Position numbers and translations under genes: made by a program. Shown piece after piece: positions 37,764 to 50,273 of a stretch of DNA of 64,000 bases; position 1 is the stretch's first letter, and every line of letters starts with the position of its first letter. The notes under the pieces are model-generated. The model did not search any database, was not told the origin of the DNA, and saw only the letters and a list, made by a program, of their open reading frames with translations. Origin of the DNA: Lobosporangium transversale (taxonomy: Eukaryota). The stretch lies in contig NW_019028979.1 in NCBI RefSeq assembly GCF_002105155.1, positions 868,001 to 932,000 on the forward strand, written 5' to 3'.

Positions 37764-39152
37764 GAAAACCCTTCATTTTGTGCGCCTTTTTAGGAAACCA
37801 TGTCAACTTGCTTGTTGTTTGTATTGTACATGTAATGTGTGTAATGTGGTTTCTTTAGTTTTTCTTTCAGACAGACAGAACAGGGGAGGCGACGTTCAAA
37901 TATTAAGAGAAGACTTTTTATCAATTCTTGTCCACCATCATGATGAATAAAAAAAAAGAGTAACAAGATTATAGATCAATCTCTCTCTTGAACCTTTTTC
38001 CTTCTTTCTTGAGGTAACATGTACACAAAGAAGAGAGTACAAGAGAACATCAGAATGTTGCACCACACTTTGTTGACAGAAAGTTCATCTAAAGGAAAGG
38101 AACACAACCAACAAAAATATATATATATAAAATAGAGCATGAGAAAGTTTGTATTCTATTTTTGTATTGCTATTAGAAATCCAAAGCACCTGTTCACTTT
38201 GGGTCACGAAGTATTTTTTTTATTTTATTTTTTATTTCTAATAGGTCTTGATGAGAAGATGAGCAATGTTACTTCTTACAGGGTTGTCATTCTATCTTTT
38301 AGTTCCTTTTAATTTAAACTACCCATCAATTTTTTCCTTATTTTATTTTTTTAGACTATGATCATTTATATGAATTCAAGAGAACAAGAACAGGGGTAAA
38401 AGAGAAAAAAAAAAAAAAAAAAAGAGAGCGCGTTATTTGGTGGATCCAATGGGCTTGTAAAGATTTTTATTTTTCGTTGCCATTTCAAGGGCTGAAGTCC
38501 AAATTGATATGATTAATAGGTTGAACCCCTACTGATGGAATGGGCCAATCCCTTCCCTCAAGATGAAAATCTACTCTTTACAAACAACAGATCTGCATAC
38601 TTGAACGATTGGAACTCTCTCTTTCTCTCTCTCTCTCTCTTTCTTCCCTTTTTTTTTTCCCGTTTCCATCCTCCCCTCACCCCCTATCCTTTGCATCTGC
38701 TACTTCTGCCTGTATGTACACTAGTCCTTCTTTTATACATCGCGACTGTTTCACAACTTTTTCATTTTGTCCACACAATCACCCCAAATAAGTTGTAACC
38801 TTCTCAATTAACAGGATCTGCATAAGAGGGATAAAATTGCACTTGCCCCATTCACTTTCTCATATCCCAAAACTACATTGTCTATTCCCAAGCAAAAAAC
38901 AATACCCCATCTTCATCTTTCGCCTGAACTTCTTTCCCTACCTTCCCTCTATCTTCTTCTTCTTCTTCTTCTTCTTCATCATCATCATCTTTTTTTTTCT
39001 TGAAACTTAAAGCAAAACGTATTCGGTTGCGATTCAGAATACTTTCTATCCTTTTCAACATTCTTTTGATCCTCTACCTATCTACCCTTTGCTGATCAAC
39101 ATCAATAAATCAGGCGCGTACATCACTAACTGATAGACTACATCTTTAAGCC

Positions 39153-41700
39153 ATGGTGTCATCCAATGGATCCAAGAGGGAAACATTGCCCCATCATCCT
39201 TCTGATCTGACCATCACCGAGTTGCATGACGAGAACACCCCTTTACTTGCCAACAGTAGTGGCAATAGCAGCAACGATAGCAAGAACATCAACACCAATC
39301 ATAACAAGATCAAAACTAAAGAGGTTGATCCCACAACGTTCTACGTCAAAACCCTCAAGGGGCACTTACCTTGGTATAAACGGCCATCAGTCTTTTGGCT
39401 TCTTCCAATCTTTGGACTCTCATGGCTTACCCTGGGTATGTTGAATTCCTCTCTAGGACAGTTCCAGGCAGCACTGCTCTGTCGAGAATACATTAACCGT
39501 CATTCCTCCAATGTGACGGCGACTACAATTACGATTGCGACTGTGCCCAGTAAGGATTTGTTCAGTTACTTGGCACAGACTCCAAGCATGGCAAGCACCA
39601 CCACCACCACTACTACTACTACTAGCAACATGATTAGTACAGGTCTTCTAGGCTTGAATTCATTGAGCAGAAATGTGATGATCGCAATGAGACCATCTGA
39701 AGAGTGCAAGGCTCCAGAAATTCAAGCGTTCACCGCAAAAATCATTGCCATTATCGAGATGCTCACTGGTATTGCGAGTAAGTTTTAATTTTAATGTTTA
39801 GTTCTTAAATCTTTATTTTATGTTTTTATTCCTAATTAATAAATCTCAACTGTTTTTTTTTTTTAGGCACAATTTCCGTAGGCTACTACTCATCTTTGAG
39901 TGACAGGCATGGTCGACGAATTGTCATGATAGTCTGCTTTTTGAACACGTTACTGACCCTTGCCGCGATTATTGCCATGAGTATGTACTGGGATCAGATC
40001 GGCCTACCACTCATGGTTGCGTCAAGCATCCTCAATGGCCTTCTGGGAACTATTAGCCTGGGTCTTACCATGACTCTGGCATACACTGCCGACTGCACTG
40101 ACCCTGCTAAACGAAGCCTGGCATTTACTTGGGTTCACGCCAGCCTCTATCTCGGGCTTGCTATTGGGTAATGTCTTTTTTTTTTTTTTTTTTTTTTTTT
40201 TGTTAGTAGTAGCAACAGCTACTACAAAAAAAAAAAAGTTGATAATCATCAGACAAGTCAACTACCATTTTAATGTTATTAATATCACTTTTTTTATTTT
40301 TTTAGACCCTTCCTTGGCGGAACAATTGTCAGAGCTTCTGGCACAATCTTAACACTCGTGTACATGGATGTGGCTTCGAACGCGCTCTGTCTCTTGCTCA
40401 CAATCCTCTTCGTCCCAGAATCCCTTCCAATATGCCAATCGGAGAAAGTACAGCAACTTTACGAGACCTTCAAGAAGGAAAAGGAAAAAGAGGAGAATAA
40501 GAACGACTCCAACTCGGATGAAGATCTTTCTACTTCCTCTCAAGAACATATCCCTTGGTACTCACATCTTATTCACTCCCTCAGGTTCTTCAAGCCGAAC
40601 GGGCGTAACACTAATCTCATCCTCTTGGCTGTCATCTCTTTCTTGGGGATGTTGGCCTACCGTGGAACGCTCTCAATCATCATTCTGTATACCAATCGTC
40701 TCTTTAACTGGACTGAATACGAGGTAAAAAAAAAAAAAAAAAAAAAAAAAATGTTCATACTTTTCGAATGAGAATTACAAGAATGGGATATTCATCGAAA
40801 CAAACAATCAAAAAAAAAAAAAAAAAAAAAAAAAAACTGTATAAACTTTCATTTTAGGATGGAATCATGTTCTCGCTCAGTAACCTTGCTCGCCTGCTTA
40901 CAATGATCGTTTTGATCCCAGTCTTGGCCCATTTTCATAAAAAATCCTATGAGAAGAAACAGAGGAAGGTTCAAGCCAAGGCTGCCATGGATGCTCGTCG
41001 TCATGGAAAGCAACCTACCTTGACCACAAACGCACCAACATTTTCTTCTGCAGCTTCTTCTCCCCAACAACAAGTCCTCGATAGTGCAGATTTAAGCATT
41101 TATCAGGTAGCAATGCTTACCAATGATCCTACTATTTCAGCAAGTGTACAATATCCAAGTGAGCCTGAAGATTTCAAGCATAGACAACGTCAAACATCTC
41201 TCGACTCGGTCACAACTCTTACAACTCCTTCATTAGATGGTGAAGATTCATCATTATCCCCTGAGGCAAAAACTGAGGCTGCAGAAGATGCCCCTAGGAG
41301 TAGAGAACAGACATTCAGTGACATGAAGTTTGATACTTGGATGGTCCGCCTTGGATTTGCAATCAATTCGATCACTTATGTGGGATATGGTCTTGCAACT
41401 GAGGGCTGGGTATTTTACCTTGCGACTGCGTTGCATTCCATCTGTACAATCTCCAATCCGTCGCTCAAGTCCTTACTCACCTATATGGTAGAGCCTTCTC
41501 AATTTGGAGCAGTTTTGGGTGCTTTCCAGATTATTGATTCAATCGCAATTATCTTTTCTCCTATTGTGATTTCTTGGGTCTATGCATTGACAGTTGGTAT
41601 TATGCCCGAGTTTGTATGGTACACCTGTGCTGCCTGGGCTGGTATCTGCGTCGTGCTTTCGTTCATGATCCGACAGAAACAATTCCGAAATAATATGAAC

Positions 41701-41706
<6 letters not shown>
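39153..41706 (+). CDS. Major facilitator superfamily transporter
   Basis: Motif A (SLSDRHGRR), AYTADCT, GLAIGPFLGG and multiple TM segments. Exons 39153-39777, 39867-40167, 40306-40723 and 40858-41706 join in frame. Confidence 0.9.
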
Positions 41707-41740
<34 letters not shown>

Positions 41741-41953
41741 CATCAATCTACTCTTTCCTTCCATCCATTTGCACAGTCTTCTCTTTCCATTTGATACCCT
41801 TTTTGTTTCCTTCTTCCCCATGTATCTTCTTTATCCAATCTATTAAGATATATGAATATGACATTGCATTCCACAAATGTTACTTTCCCAGCAGAATTAA
41901 AATAAAAAAAGTTGCTATTGTTATTACTGTTGCTATTATTATTTTTCCATTTA

Positions 41954-43880
41954 TCAACAAGTTGAATCAAATCCAGAATCTCGGCGCAAATCCACCGCGA
42001 CCTTATTGCCATTTTCATCCAGTGTATACTCTTGTGGCTCTTGCTCCTGTTGCTCCCCTCCAAACGTAGTGGTCGTTACAATTCCAGTCAGCAACATTGG
42101 GTTCTCCTTTTTAGCTTGCTTATGCTGGTTGTGTTGATCAATGTTATTGCTATTCACCATTTGTACTGTATCATGCGGGTGAATAACCAAATGATGGTCA
42201 TGATGAGAGCGATGGCCCTTATCGTTGCCAACTGTCTTAATGGCACCGTGTTTTTGTGTCAGGTTCTCTTGCTCGTGAGCAGTATCAACTTCGTTGTCAC
42301 GATTAGTATGATTATGACTCTCGCTTGAGGGCGCTGTGCTGAATTCCTTTAATCCCTCGCTTTCCCCTTCTCTTTCTTCTCTTTCCTCAGCTGTTCTGTT
42401 AGGCTTAGAAGGATGGTGTTCAGAAATGTCGCAAGAGACAGATAAGTCTTTTTCATTGACAGATGACTTTCTGGAGACTGCCTTGGGCTTGTAAGAGGAA
42501 ACAGCCCTAGGGTCGCCTTCAACAGCCTCTAGCATAGCCTGTTGAACCAGGTCATCTTCATTTACAGTCAAGTCTTCAACCTTAGTGGCGATGATGCCAT
42601 GATAAGCTACATAAAAAAAAAAAGAAAAAAAAACGAGTTAATACGACAAGGAAAAGAAGTTGATATCTCTCTCTCTTTTTTTTTTTTTTTTTTTTTTTTC
42701 ATTACCTTTGCTTGATCTGCGTGGAGGATTAAAGCTGCAGTCACGGATAAAGTGGTTCAAGTCATTATAAAGAAGGTTCTCGTAAGGTTTCAAATTCAAG
42801 CGATCGACCTTGCTGATAAACCCAATCGAGTTCAACATAGCAGGCCAGGAATCGGTTTCGTCAAGGTCCAACTTGATACGTTTCTTTGTTTGAGTCGCCT
42901 CAGCAGTAGCAGTAGTGGAAGTAGTAGCTGAAGGAGCAGTCAAGAGTTTACCAAGATCTTTGTCTGCTAAATGCTCATGGGCCACAAAATCCAATGATGA
43001 CTCTGCACCCATAAATCCCATTGCTCCAAGTCTAGAGCCCCACGAGATGTCCTCCCTGTACGTCTCTTTCTTTGTCTTTGGCATATCATTTTCGGCTTCC
43101 TTCAGCGCAGCTGTCCAAAGAAAAAAACAAAAAAGCAAAACGATTAGAAAATTAAGAGGCTTTTGCCTGAATTGTGTATGCGTGAGTGTGAACTGATGTA
43201 GAGGAAAGAATTTGTGACATATTATAATTTACCATAGATATCAATGCGCTTGTAGTTCAATATTTCTCCTCCATAAAAACCCGTGGATCCAAGCATTGTA
43301 CCCCAAGAACGTTTCTCGCTGCTATTTCCATCAAATTTCAATGTAGACGTGGAGATGGACGTAGCTTCTACTTGATCCCGATGATCAATACCTTTAATCA
43401 AAAAAGCGTTCCAAAAGACACGCCAGGATTTATAAATATATAAATCTTTCTATTATTGCAGCGTGATTTTGAACACATCTGCAAGCTTTTTTAAGAAACA
43501 GAAGCTTAATTAATTGAAGAAGACTTACTGGTTTCTGGAGCATCTTTTGAAGCTGCTTTCGATGCGTTAATGTTGTTGCTGTTGCCCGAGGGGATGGCTC
43601 TCGCTGTTGTTCCAGTTCCAGTTCCAGTTTGTGTTCCTACACCTTTTATTACACTAAAGATGAGGAACAGCAAGATCATTGGCAGAACAAGGACTAATAC
43701 GCCCAAGGACATAATGTGGGCATCAGATAATTGGAAACGCTGCTGAAACTCATGCAGGTTGGATATAAAGGCCCAAAGAAGATTGTTAAACATGTCGGTA
43801 GGATCCCAATCCCGGATTTTGGAGATACGTCCTGGGATGAAGGCGAAGGCTTCAAGAATCCAACTATGTGGTGCGAGCAT
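41954..43880 (-). CDS. Hypothetical membrane-anchored protein with 3 SW-x3-L-x3-GF motifs (4 exons)
   Basis: Exons 43880-43529, 43391-43233, 43110-42706 and 42606-41954 have GT-AG introns, all phase-compatible. One hydrophobic segment LGVLVLVLPMILLFLIFSVI. Confidence 0.75.
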
Positions 43881-45554
43881 TATCTCTTTCTTTCTTTTTT
43901 TTCTTTCGTGATGGTTGCTATTTACAAATGTATGTACAAAGGTGACGGAGAGATGGAGAAAGAGAAAGAAAGAAAGAAAGAAAAAATCTCCATTTCCTCC
44001 AGCCTCTTTTTTTACTCACAACCCTTTTTTTTTCCTCGTGAAATTAGCCCAACAAGTAAAGAACTAAAGTATTGACGCGTGGTCCCTGCCCAATCAAGAA
44101 TGCACAGTATAGACTAGAGTGCATAATGTTTCAGTTAACGAAAAAAAAGAAGGAGGGGGGGGGCTGCTGTGGTAGGCCAATAATCCGCATTGAGTTTCAG
44201 CTCGCCCATAAAGGCGAACCTACAGCGTATTGGACTTATAGAAGCTGTGTGTCAGAGGCCGCTTTCAATCTGATCCCGAAAGAACAGAGAATTATTGCTG
44301 GTAGCCAAAAATCTCGCCAGCAAAATGAACTGACTGGCGCCCCCACTAAGGGAACTTTACACTTGCGCGGACTTTACCCGCTTGCAGATGATTTATTGCT
44401 GGATCAAATTTCTTTGTCACAGCCGTATTGTTTCCAAGCAAACGCTATTCAGCCACCCACAGCAGTTTAAGAAAAAAAAAAAAATCGACTCGGAGAGATC
44501 TTTATTCTTTAATCATTGTGACTGTTCATTCTGTAGTCTACATTTCGTCTTTGTGGGGATTGACTTGTGGGGATTAAATTGACACATCATTTTGAATCAG
44601 ATTCAACAGGAAATTGCCCTCAAATGACTTGTTTTGCCATTATCTACAAAAATCCACGTCTTTTTGTGTTGCTTGGTAGTCTCTTGCGCTTCTTCAGAGA
44701 GTTCTTCATTCCTTTTTTACCTATTTCCTACTAGAACCGGCCACGGCTCTAGAGAATCGGGGCAAGATGAAGTAGTAAGAAACAGATTGGGTCTTGAATG
44801 AAGGCTCATGATAGTAGGGCCCTAGTGACATTGTGACAAGGACACCATCATTTGTATTACAAAACGTTTACTACTGAAAATATTTTGTAGACATGTGAAT
44901 ACGAAGGTCGGCGAGAATAAGATATGGGTCCACATACCACACCCATGGGGTATTAACTCATTTTCTGGTAGAGGCACCTGTACCAGATAACTACGTATCT
45001 ATCTATAAGATCTATAAGATGACATCAGTCCGTTCTAAAACCTCACATCATAGATTTTATCGCATTAATGAGTATGGCGCGTTATTGCCACTAATTTCCA
45101 ATGTTAAGTCTTTTAGCGTATTGATTCCGGGTTGGAACATGCAATCCATTTATCACATCAACAGAATGCTTCACTTTCTATATTTCTACATTCACCCTTC
45201 GTTTGTCTTTCGCTGTCTCACACGACCTATCCCAAGCACCTATCCTTGCTCAGCATGTAGAGGGTCTTTACACTCATGTCGTTCAATCAGCAAGTTAGAC
45301 GTGAGGCAGGTTATACACTTCGAGATTCCTACACTCTCGCACAGTTCGACAGTCGACAGTATATTGATGGGACTTTTGGATGAAGAAAGAACATTCACCA
45401 AAGAGTGGACAAGGAGCAATGTCAAAACCTTGGCTGTGATCAAAGAGTGTGCGACGTGTACAACAAAAACAAAAAAAAAAAAAAAAAAAAAAAATGAATG
45501 CCAGCTGTGGGAACAGGTTCATCAACAAGATCCTCTCTCTACAATCTTTACAAC

Positions 45555-47138
45555 ATGAACAATCCAAAATTGAATCCTTTCGAGCTCCCAGAAATCATCT
45601 TGCTTCTTGGTGACTTTCTCGAGCGAAATGACCTCCTGAACTGCATCCGCGTCTCCAAGAGCTTTCATAGCACCTTCATCAGGCGTATATGGAAAAACAT
45701 CCTTGTCGACGAATACCATTACGAATCTAAAAGGAAATATCCTATTGGCGAAACACTACAGAAACACAAGAAATACATTGAAGCGATAAGATTTCGAAGT
45801 GATGATCAACCATACGAGAGTATTAGATTTATGCAAAGTGTTGACATTCCAGACGAGTATTGGTCATTGCAGGGATGTGATCGCCTCCAGTTCATCGCAT
45901 TCGAAGGATGGAGGTATTACGAGCCGAATAGACATTTGAACCTCCTTCTCAAGAACCACAACTCTACCATCACCAGACTTTGCTTGGACGATGCTGAAAC
46001 ATCGCGTGAACTCTGGGAGACATTGCTGGGATGTACCAACCTCGAGCATCTAGAAGTATCTTACGAAGATATAGACGACGAAATCGATGTATTCCTCCAA
46101 GTGTGCAAGAAAATTAAGTACTTGCACTTGAATGGAGGATCCTTAGGCCGGCTACCTGTCAGCTTCCTTAGTGTTGAGGACAGTGATTATAATCTCTCGA
46201 ATATGCACACACTAAGTCTTGGGGACATCCGAATATTAAGGCAGCACCCGTACACATTAGCATATTGCCTTGGGACGTTGGTCAGAAGATGTCCAGGATT
46301 GCGTGTACTGGAACTTCTTGATATCTACGAATCATTTGAATCCCGAAATGAGGGAGACGGCGAAAGTTTCTACAAGGAAGCATTCCTTCAGCATCCCTGG
46401 ACTCAGGATAACTTGTCAGAGCTGATTTTGCTTGACGCGCAGTTAAAAGACGAGAACACGGCGAGATTCCTCAGACGGATGTCTGGATTAAAACGGCTAG
46501 ACATCCCTTATTGTGAACTCGGTCAGCTGTCTCTGCAGGAATTACTATCTGAGAAGCAAGAGGCTTTTGATAATGGACAAATGGTATGGAAGACAAGGCC
46601 GCAGAAGCTTTGTGAGACTGTTGAAAGATTGGTGTTCAATGTGCGCGGTGACGATGTGGATGGGATTGCTCAAGCTATTTTATCCATTTGTCCACTCCTG
46701 AAGAAGTTTGTGGGACCTAAAATCACCATGACAGAGATTGCCAATGGAGCAGAATGGGTGTGCACTGGACTGACCGAATTGACTGTTTATCTGGAGGTAG
46801 ACATTGATCAAGAGACTACTGAGGGCATGGAGAAGACACGTAGTGTCTTTAAGCAACTTGGGAAATTGACTCAACTACGGTCTCTTAAGTTAACAAAGCG
46901 GGACTCAAATGATAGCGAAACGCGGGCGCTGGATTTGAGACTAAGAACTGGTCTAGATGAGCTAGCCAACCTGAAGTGGCTGCATGGGCTAACGTTCAAC
47001 GACCGTCATCGCCAAGAAATATATCTTGAGGAAGCAACATGGATCGTGGACAATTGGCCAAGAATCAAGTACTGGAATGGCAAGTTGATATGTGATTTAC
47101 TTGCGCCGCACAATATATATATTGGGCAAAAAGACTGA
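45555..47138 (+). CDS. F-box/LRR protein, intact, intronless, ~527 aa
   Basis: MNNPKLNPFELPEIILLLGDFLERNDLLNCIRVSKSFH. Inverted close paralog of 10415-11980. Confidence 0.9.
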   Translation: MNNPKLNPFELPEIILLLGDFLERNDLLNCIRVSKSFHSTFIRRIWKNILVDEYHYESKRKYPIGETLQKHKKYIEAIRFRSDDQPYESIRFMQSVDIPDEYWSLQGCDRLQFIAFEGWRYYEPNRHLNLLLKNHNSTITRLCLDDAETSRELWETLLGCTNLEHLEVSYEDIDDEIDVFLQVCKKIKYLHLNGGSLGRLPVSFLSVEDSDYNLSNMHTLSLGDIRILRQHPYTLAYCLGTLVRRCPGLRVLELLDIYESFESRNEGDGESFYKEAFLQHPWTQDNLSELILLDAQLKDENTARFLRRMSGLKRLDIPYCELGQLSLQELLSEKQEAFDNGQMVWKTRPQKLCETVERLVFNVRGDDVDGIAQAILSICPLLKKFVGPKITMTEIANGAEWVCTGLTELTVYLEVDIDQETTEGMEKTRSVFKQLGKLTQLRSLKLTKRDSNDSETRALDLRLRTGLDELANLKWLHGLTFNDRHRQEIYLEEATWIVDNWPRIKYWNGKLICDLLAPHNIYIGQKD

Positions 47139-47577
47139 GGAAGTAAAGGAGTGAGTGCATTGCCTATTCATAGCCTGGTATGGAAGGAAGGAACCTTGGA
47201 CATGTAGTAGAGGCAATAGTCATATACACTGTAAAATGCATATAGGTTCTCAACTAAAAGAATAACTTGATCTGCTTTTGCACCTCGTGAAGATATTTCT
47301 GCACAATATCTCAGTCGAGGGTCTTAAGTGCAGGATCATCATCATTAAGTTTACCTGTACCTTGTGCTTGTCCAAGTCTATAATGCTTTTATATATTGGA
47401 CATAGAGTAACGCGTTACTGTTGCACATAAGTATCATATCAACCCTTTTATTTCGTCACGAACCCTACTAGAGCTTCATCCAGCTGTGGAAGATATGAAT
47501 AAAGAAATGTCATCGGTTTTATTAAGGCATACCAAACACTCTATACAGCATGAGAGCAAATTCTGCAAAAGGAGAAA

Positions 47578-47910
47578 ATGACAGTCAATTGGATGAGACT
47601 GGTGATAGAAATAAAAGGTGACAAATTAGAAACCATCCCACTCGTTGGTGGCTTCCTCAATCGAAATGACTTTGTAAATACCACCGTTTCAAAAACTTAT
47701 CATAGTGTACTCATCAGGTTCCGATGGAGAAGAATCGCTCTTAGGATCATAACAGCCTCTGACGAATCCATATATCAATATACTACTAGAGATGCACTGC
47801 AGAGTAACAATAAATACTTTGAAGGAGCTCAATCCTCATAGAACCGAATCCCAAAGGAATATGGGTCATTGCAGAAATGTAGCCACCTTCAGTGCTTCGC
47901 ATACGAACCA
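47578..47910 (+). pseudogene. F-box/LRR 5' remnant
   Basis: ETIPLVGGFLNRNDFVN..VSKTYHSVLIRFRWRRI...ALQSNNKYFE...PKEYGSLQKCSHLQ, with a stop and truncation. Confidence 0.8.
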
Positions 47911-48149
47911 TGGATACTCCTTACACAAATATAGGGTTCCGGAGTGATTGCTGTCTCCTACCATCCACTGACACCGTGTCGGTATCCCTTATCAAGTGTA
48001 AAGCGATCAATATAATCAATCTAAATTGACAATCAGATGGCTGTGCAGAATATAAAAGCCATACTCGTTTGGAAATGGTTTGGTTACTTCTTTGTTCTAT
48101 AAGTAGTTGATCTTACTTGCACTGGTGAACATTTTGCCCAAGTATTTAA

Positions 48150-49760
48150 TGATGCTGAATCGGTTGGCTGCGGTTGTTCCCAGAGCCTTGTATAGTGCAT
48201 TTAACGGGGCTGCAGGCTACAGGAAGAGCCCACAGCGGCTTGTGAGGAAGTTGTCGTTGGGGTCTGTAAAATCTGATAGATGCAAGAGGCGGCTAAACGA
48301 TGTCAAGTATTGGCGCAAGTAAGGCGACATGGGGTCAAATCGCGGTACTCCTTCTTGGTGGCGAACGGATGAAAAACTAATGCTGGCGATACGCAGTCGA
48401 CGGATCTGCCTCTCGCTGCACTCTAGCGTTTCCTCATCTGCCAGGCATTCGTCGATCTCGTACTCATCGCCCCCATCATCAGGACCCTCGACTGTTGGTT
48501 GCGGGATATGCTCTGCTGCGGTTTCTTCTTCACCGTCCTCGTCTACGAGGGAAAGCACCTTTTTCTTCATCGTCATCATCATTGCCTCCGTTAGCTTGAG
48601 TTTCCGTTGTCATTATTCCGATTAGTAGTCATTTCATATGGGTCTTTACTACAGTTAAGATTTTTACCTTTTTCATTCAACGATTGGATCGTAATTTCAT
48701 TCATTCTCGTTACTCATATGTTCCTGACATAATTCAGCCATGGTTGATTATATATCTTGGCCAGACTTATGGAAATGGTGGCTGCTGGATGCCTCTGATG
48801 CTTGTGCTTCTGCGGCCGCTTTAGATAAGGCGCGTTGTTCTCTAACATGGACGCTACTAATCAGCTTGAGTTGCTCTAATGACTTTTGCACCTCCGTCTG
48901 CTTGATCCGGCCGTCTCATCCGCTATCTCAAAGAGCATCCTTCGGTAGAGTCAGAACACCAACAAAAGGCTTGTTGTCTTCGTTGTCGTTATATAGTCTT
49001 TACTACCGCAGCCGTTCTCATTCAATATCGCCAGCCCTGCTGCATTCGGCTTGAGTGCCCAAAATGATCTCGACCTTTTATAATGTCTAAAATATTGTTG
49101 GTAGTGAGACGATGGCCCCCTTGCCACAGCAGCCTAGCTGCGTCAGGAGCGAAACCCAGCATTAGTCCAGCTCTGCAACTAGTCTACGTCTTCACAAAGG
49201 AGCTTGTTAGCACCCCATACATTTAACACCTATCAAGACATAGTCCTCGGATGAAGATGCATAAGAACAAAATCAGAACTATTCTGGTTGTCAAGAACAC
49301 GGAGTCCAAGTACGGCAGGCAGAAAGAGATTGCTATTGGGAGACCAAGAGAAAGGCCGCATTATTAAGTCCATGGAAGGGTGCCACGAACACCACATTAC
49401 TCTCTTGCCAATGACGAGAGGGCTATGGCTCTGACAGAGATCAATTCTTTCAAATGGACATGGTTTGGCACCACATGCGTGGCCTGTTTCCAGAAGACAC
49501 ACGATAACCTCCTTTCACAAAGTTCTCCCCCTTCGGAGTGGCAAGCGGCAATCGAGGCTTCGTCGTTCCGTTGAGCCATATTTCTTTTCGACAATCTCCT
49601 TCATTTGGAAAGCGAAAACTCATCATGCAGTTCCTAGGTTCCATCGTTGCCGTTGGAGCCAAGTGTTGAGGATCCTCTGAATAATGAGGAAGCCCAGTTG
49701 GTGAGAGGACAGAGGAGATTGGCCGAGTGGACAGATCGGCTATTTGATGACTCTGCTTGC
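48150..49760 (-). pseudogene. Possible decayed gene of unknown family
   Basis: Composition looks coding, with protein-like fragments (acidic ORF 48217-48582; QTEVQKSLEQLKLIS near 48850-48900) broken by stops. No family recognised. Confidence 0.3.
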
Positions 49761-50273
49761 ACAAACTATCAAACTCTGAAAATTACTCTGCCAAAGCTTT
49801 TAGTCTGTGTATTATAGGTATAACGTGTAGCAAACGCAACGACAAAACAATGTTTTTTAATCTGTCCGTTAGTGATGTTTATATTTATCACATCGACAGG
49901 AAGCTTCACTTTCTATATTTCTACATACACCCTTCGTTTGTCTTTCGCCGTCTCACATGACCTATTCCAAGCAGCTGTCCTTGCTCAGCATGTAAGAGGG
50001 TCTAGTCTTTACACTCATGTTGTCCAATCAGCAAGTTAGACGTGAGGCAGGTTGTACACTTCGAGATTCCTACACTCTCGCGCAGTTTGACAGTGTATTG
50101 ATGGGACTTTTGGACGAAGAAAGGACATTCACCAAAGAGTGGACAAGGAACAATGTCAAAACCTTGGCTGTGATCAAAGAGTGTGCGACGTGTACAACAA
50201 AAACAAAAACAAATGAATGCCAACTGTGGGAACAGGTTCATCAACAACATCTTCTCTCTACAATCTTTACAAC

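Noticed and set aside
41704..41737. Poly(A) directly after the MFS stop codon, suggesting retroposition
   Set aside because: The gene retains three introns, and long A/T runs are ubiquitous in this window.
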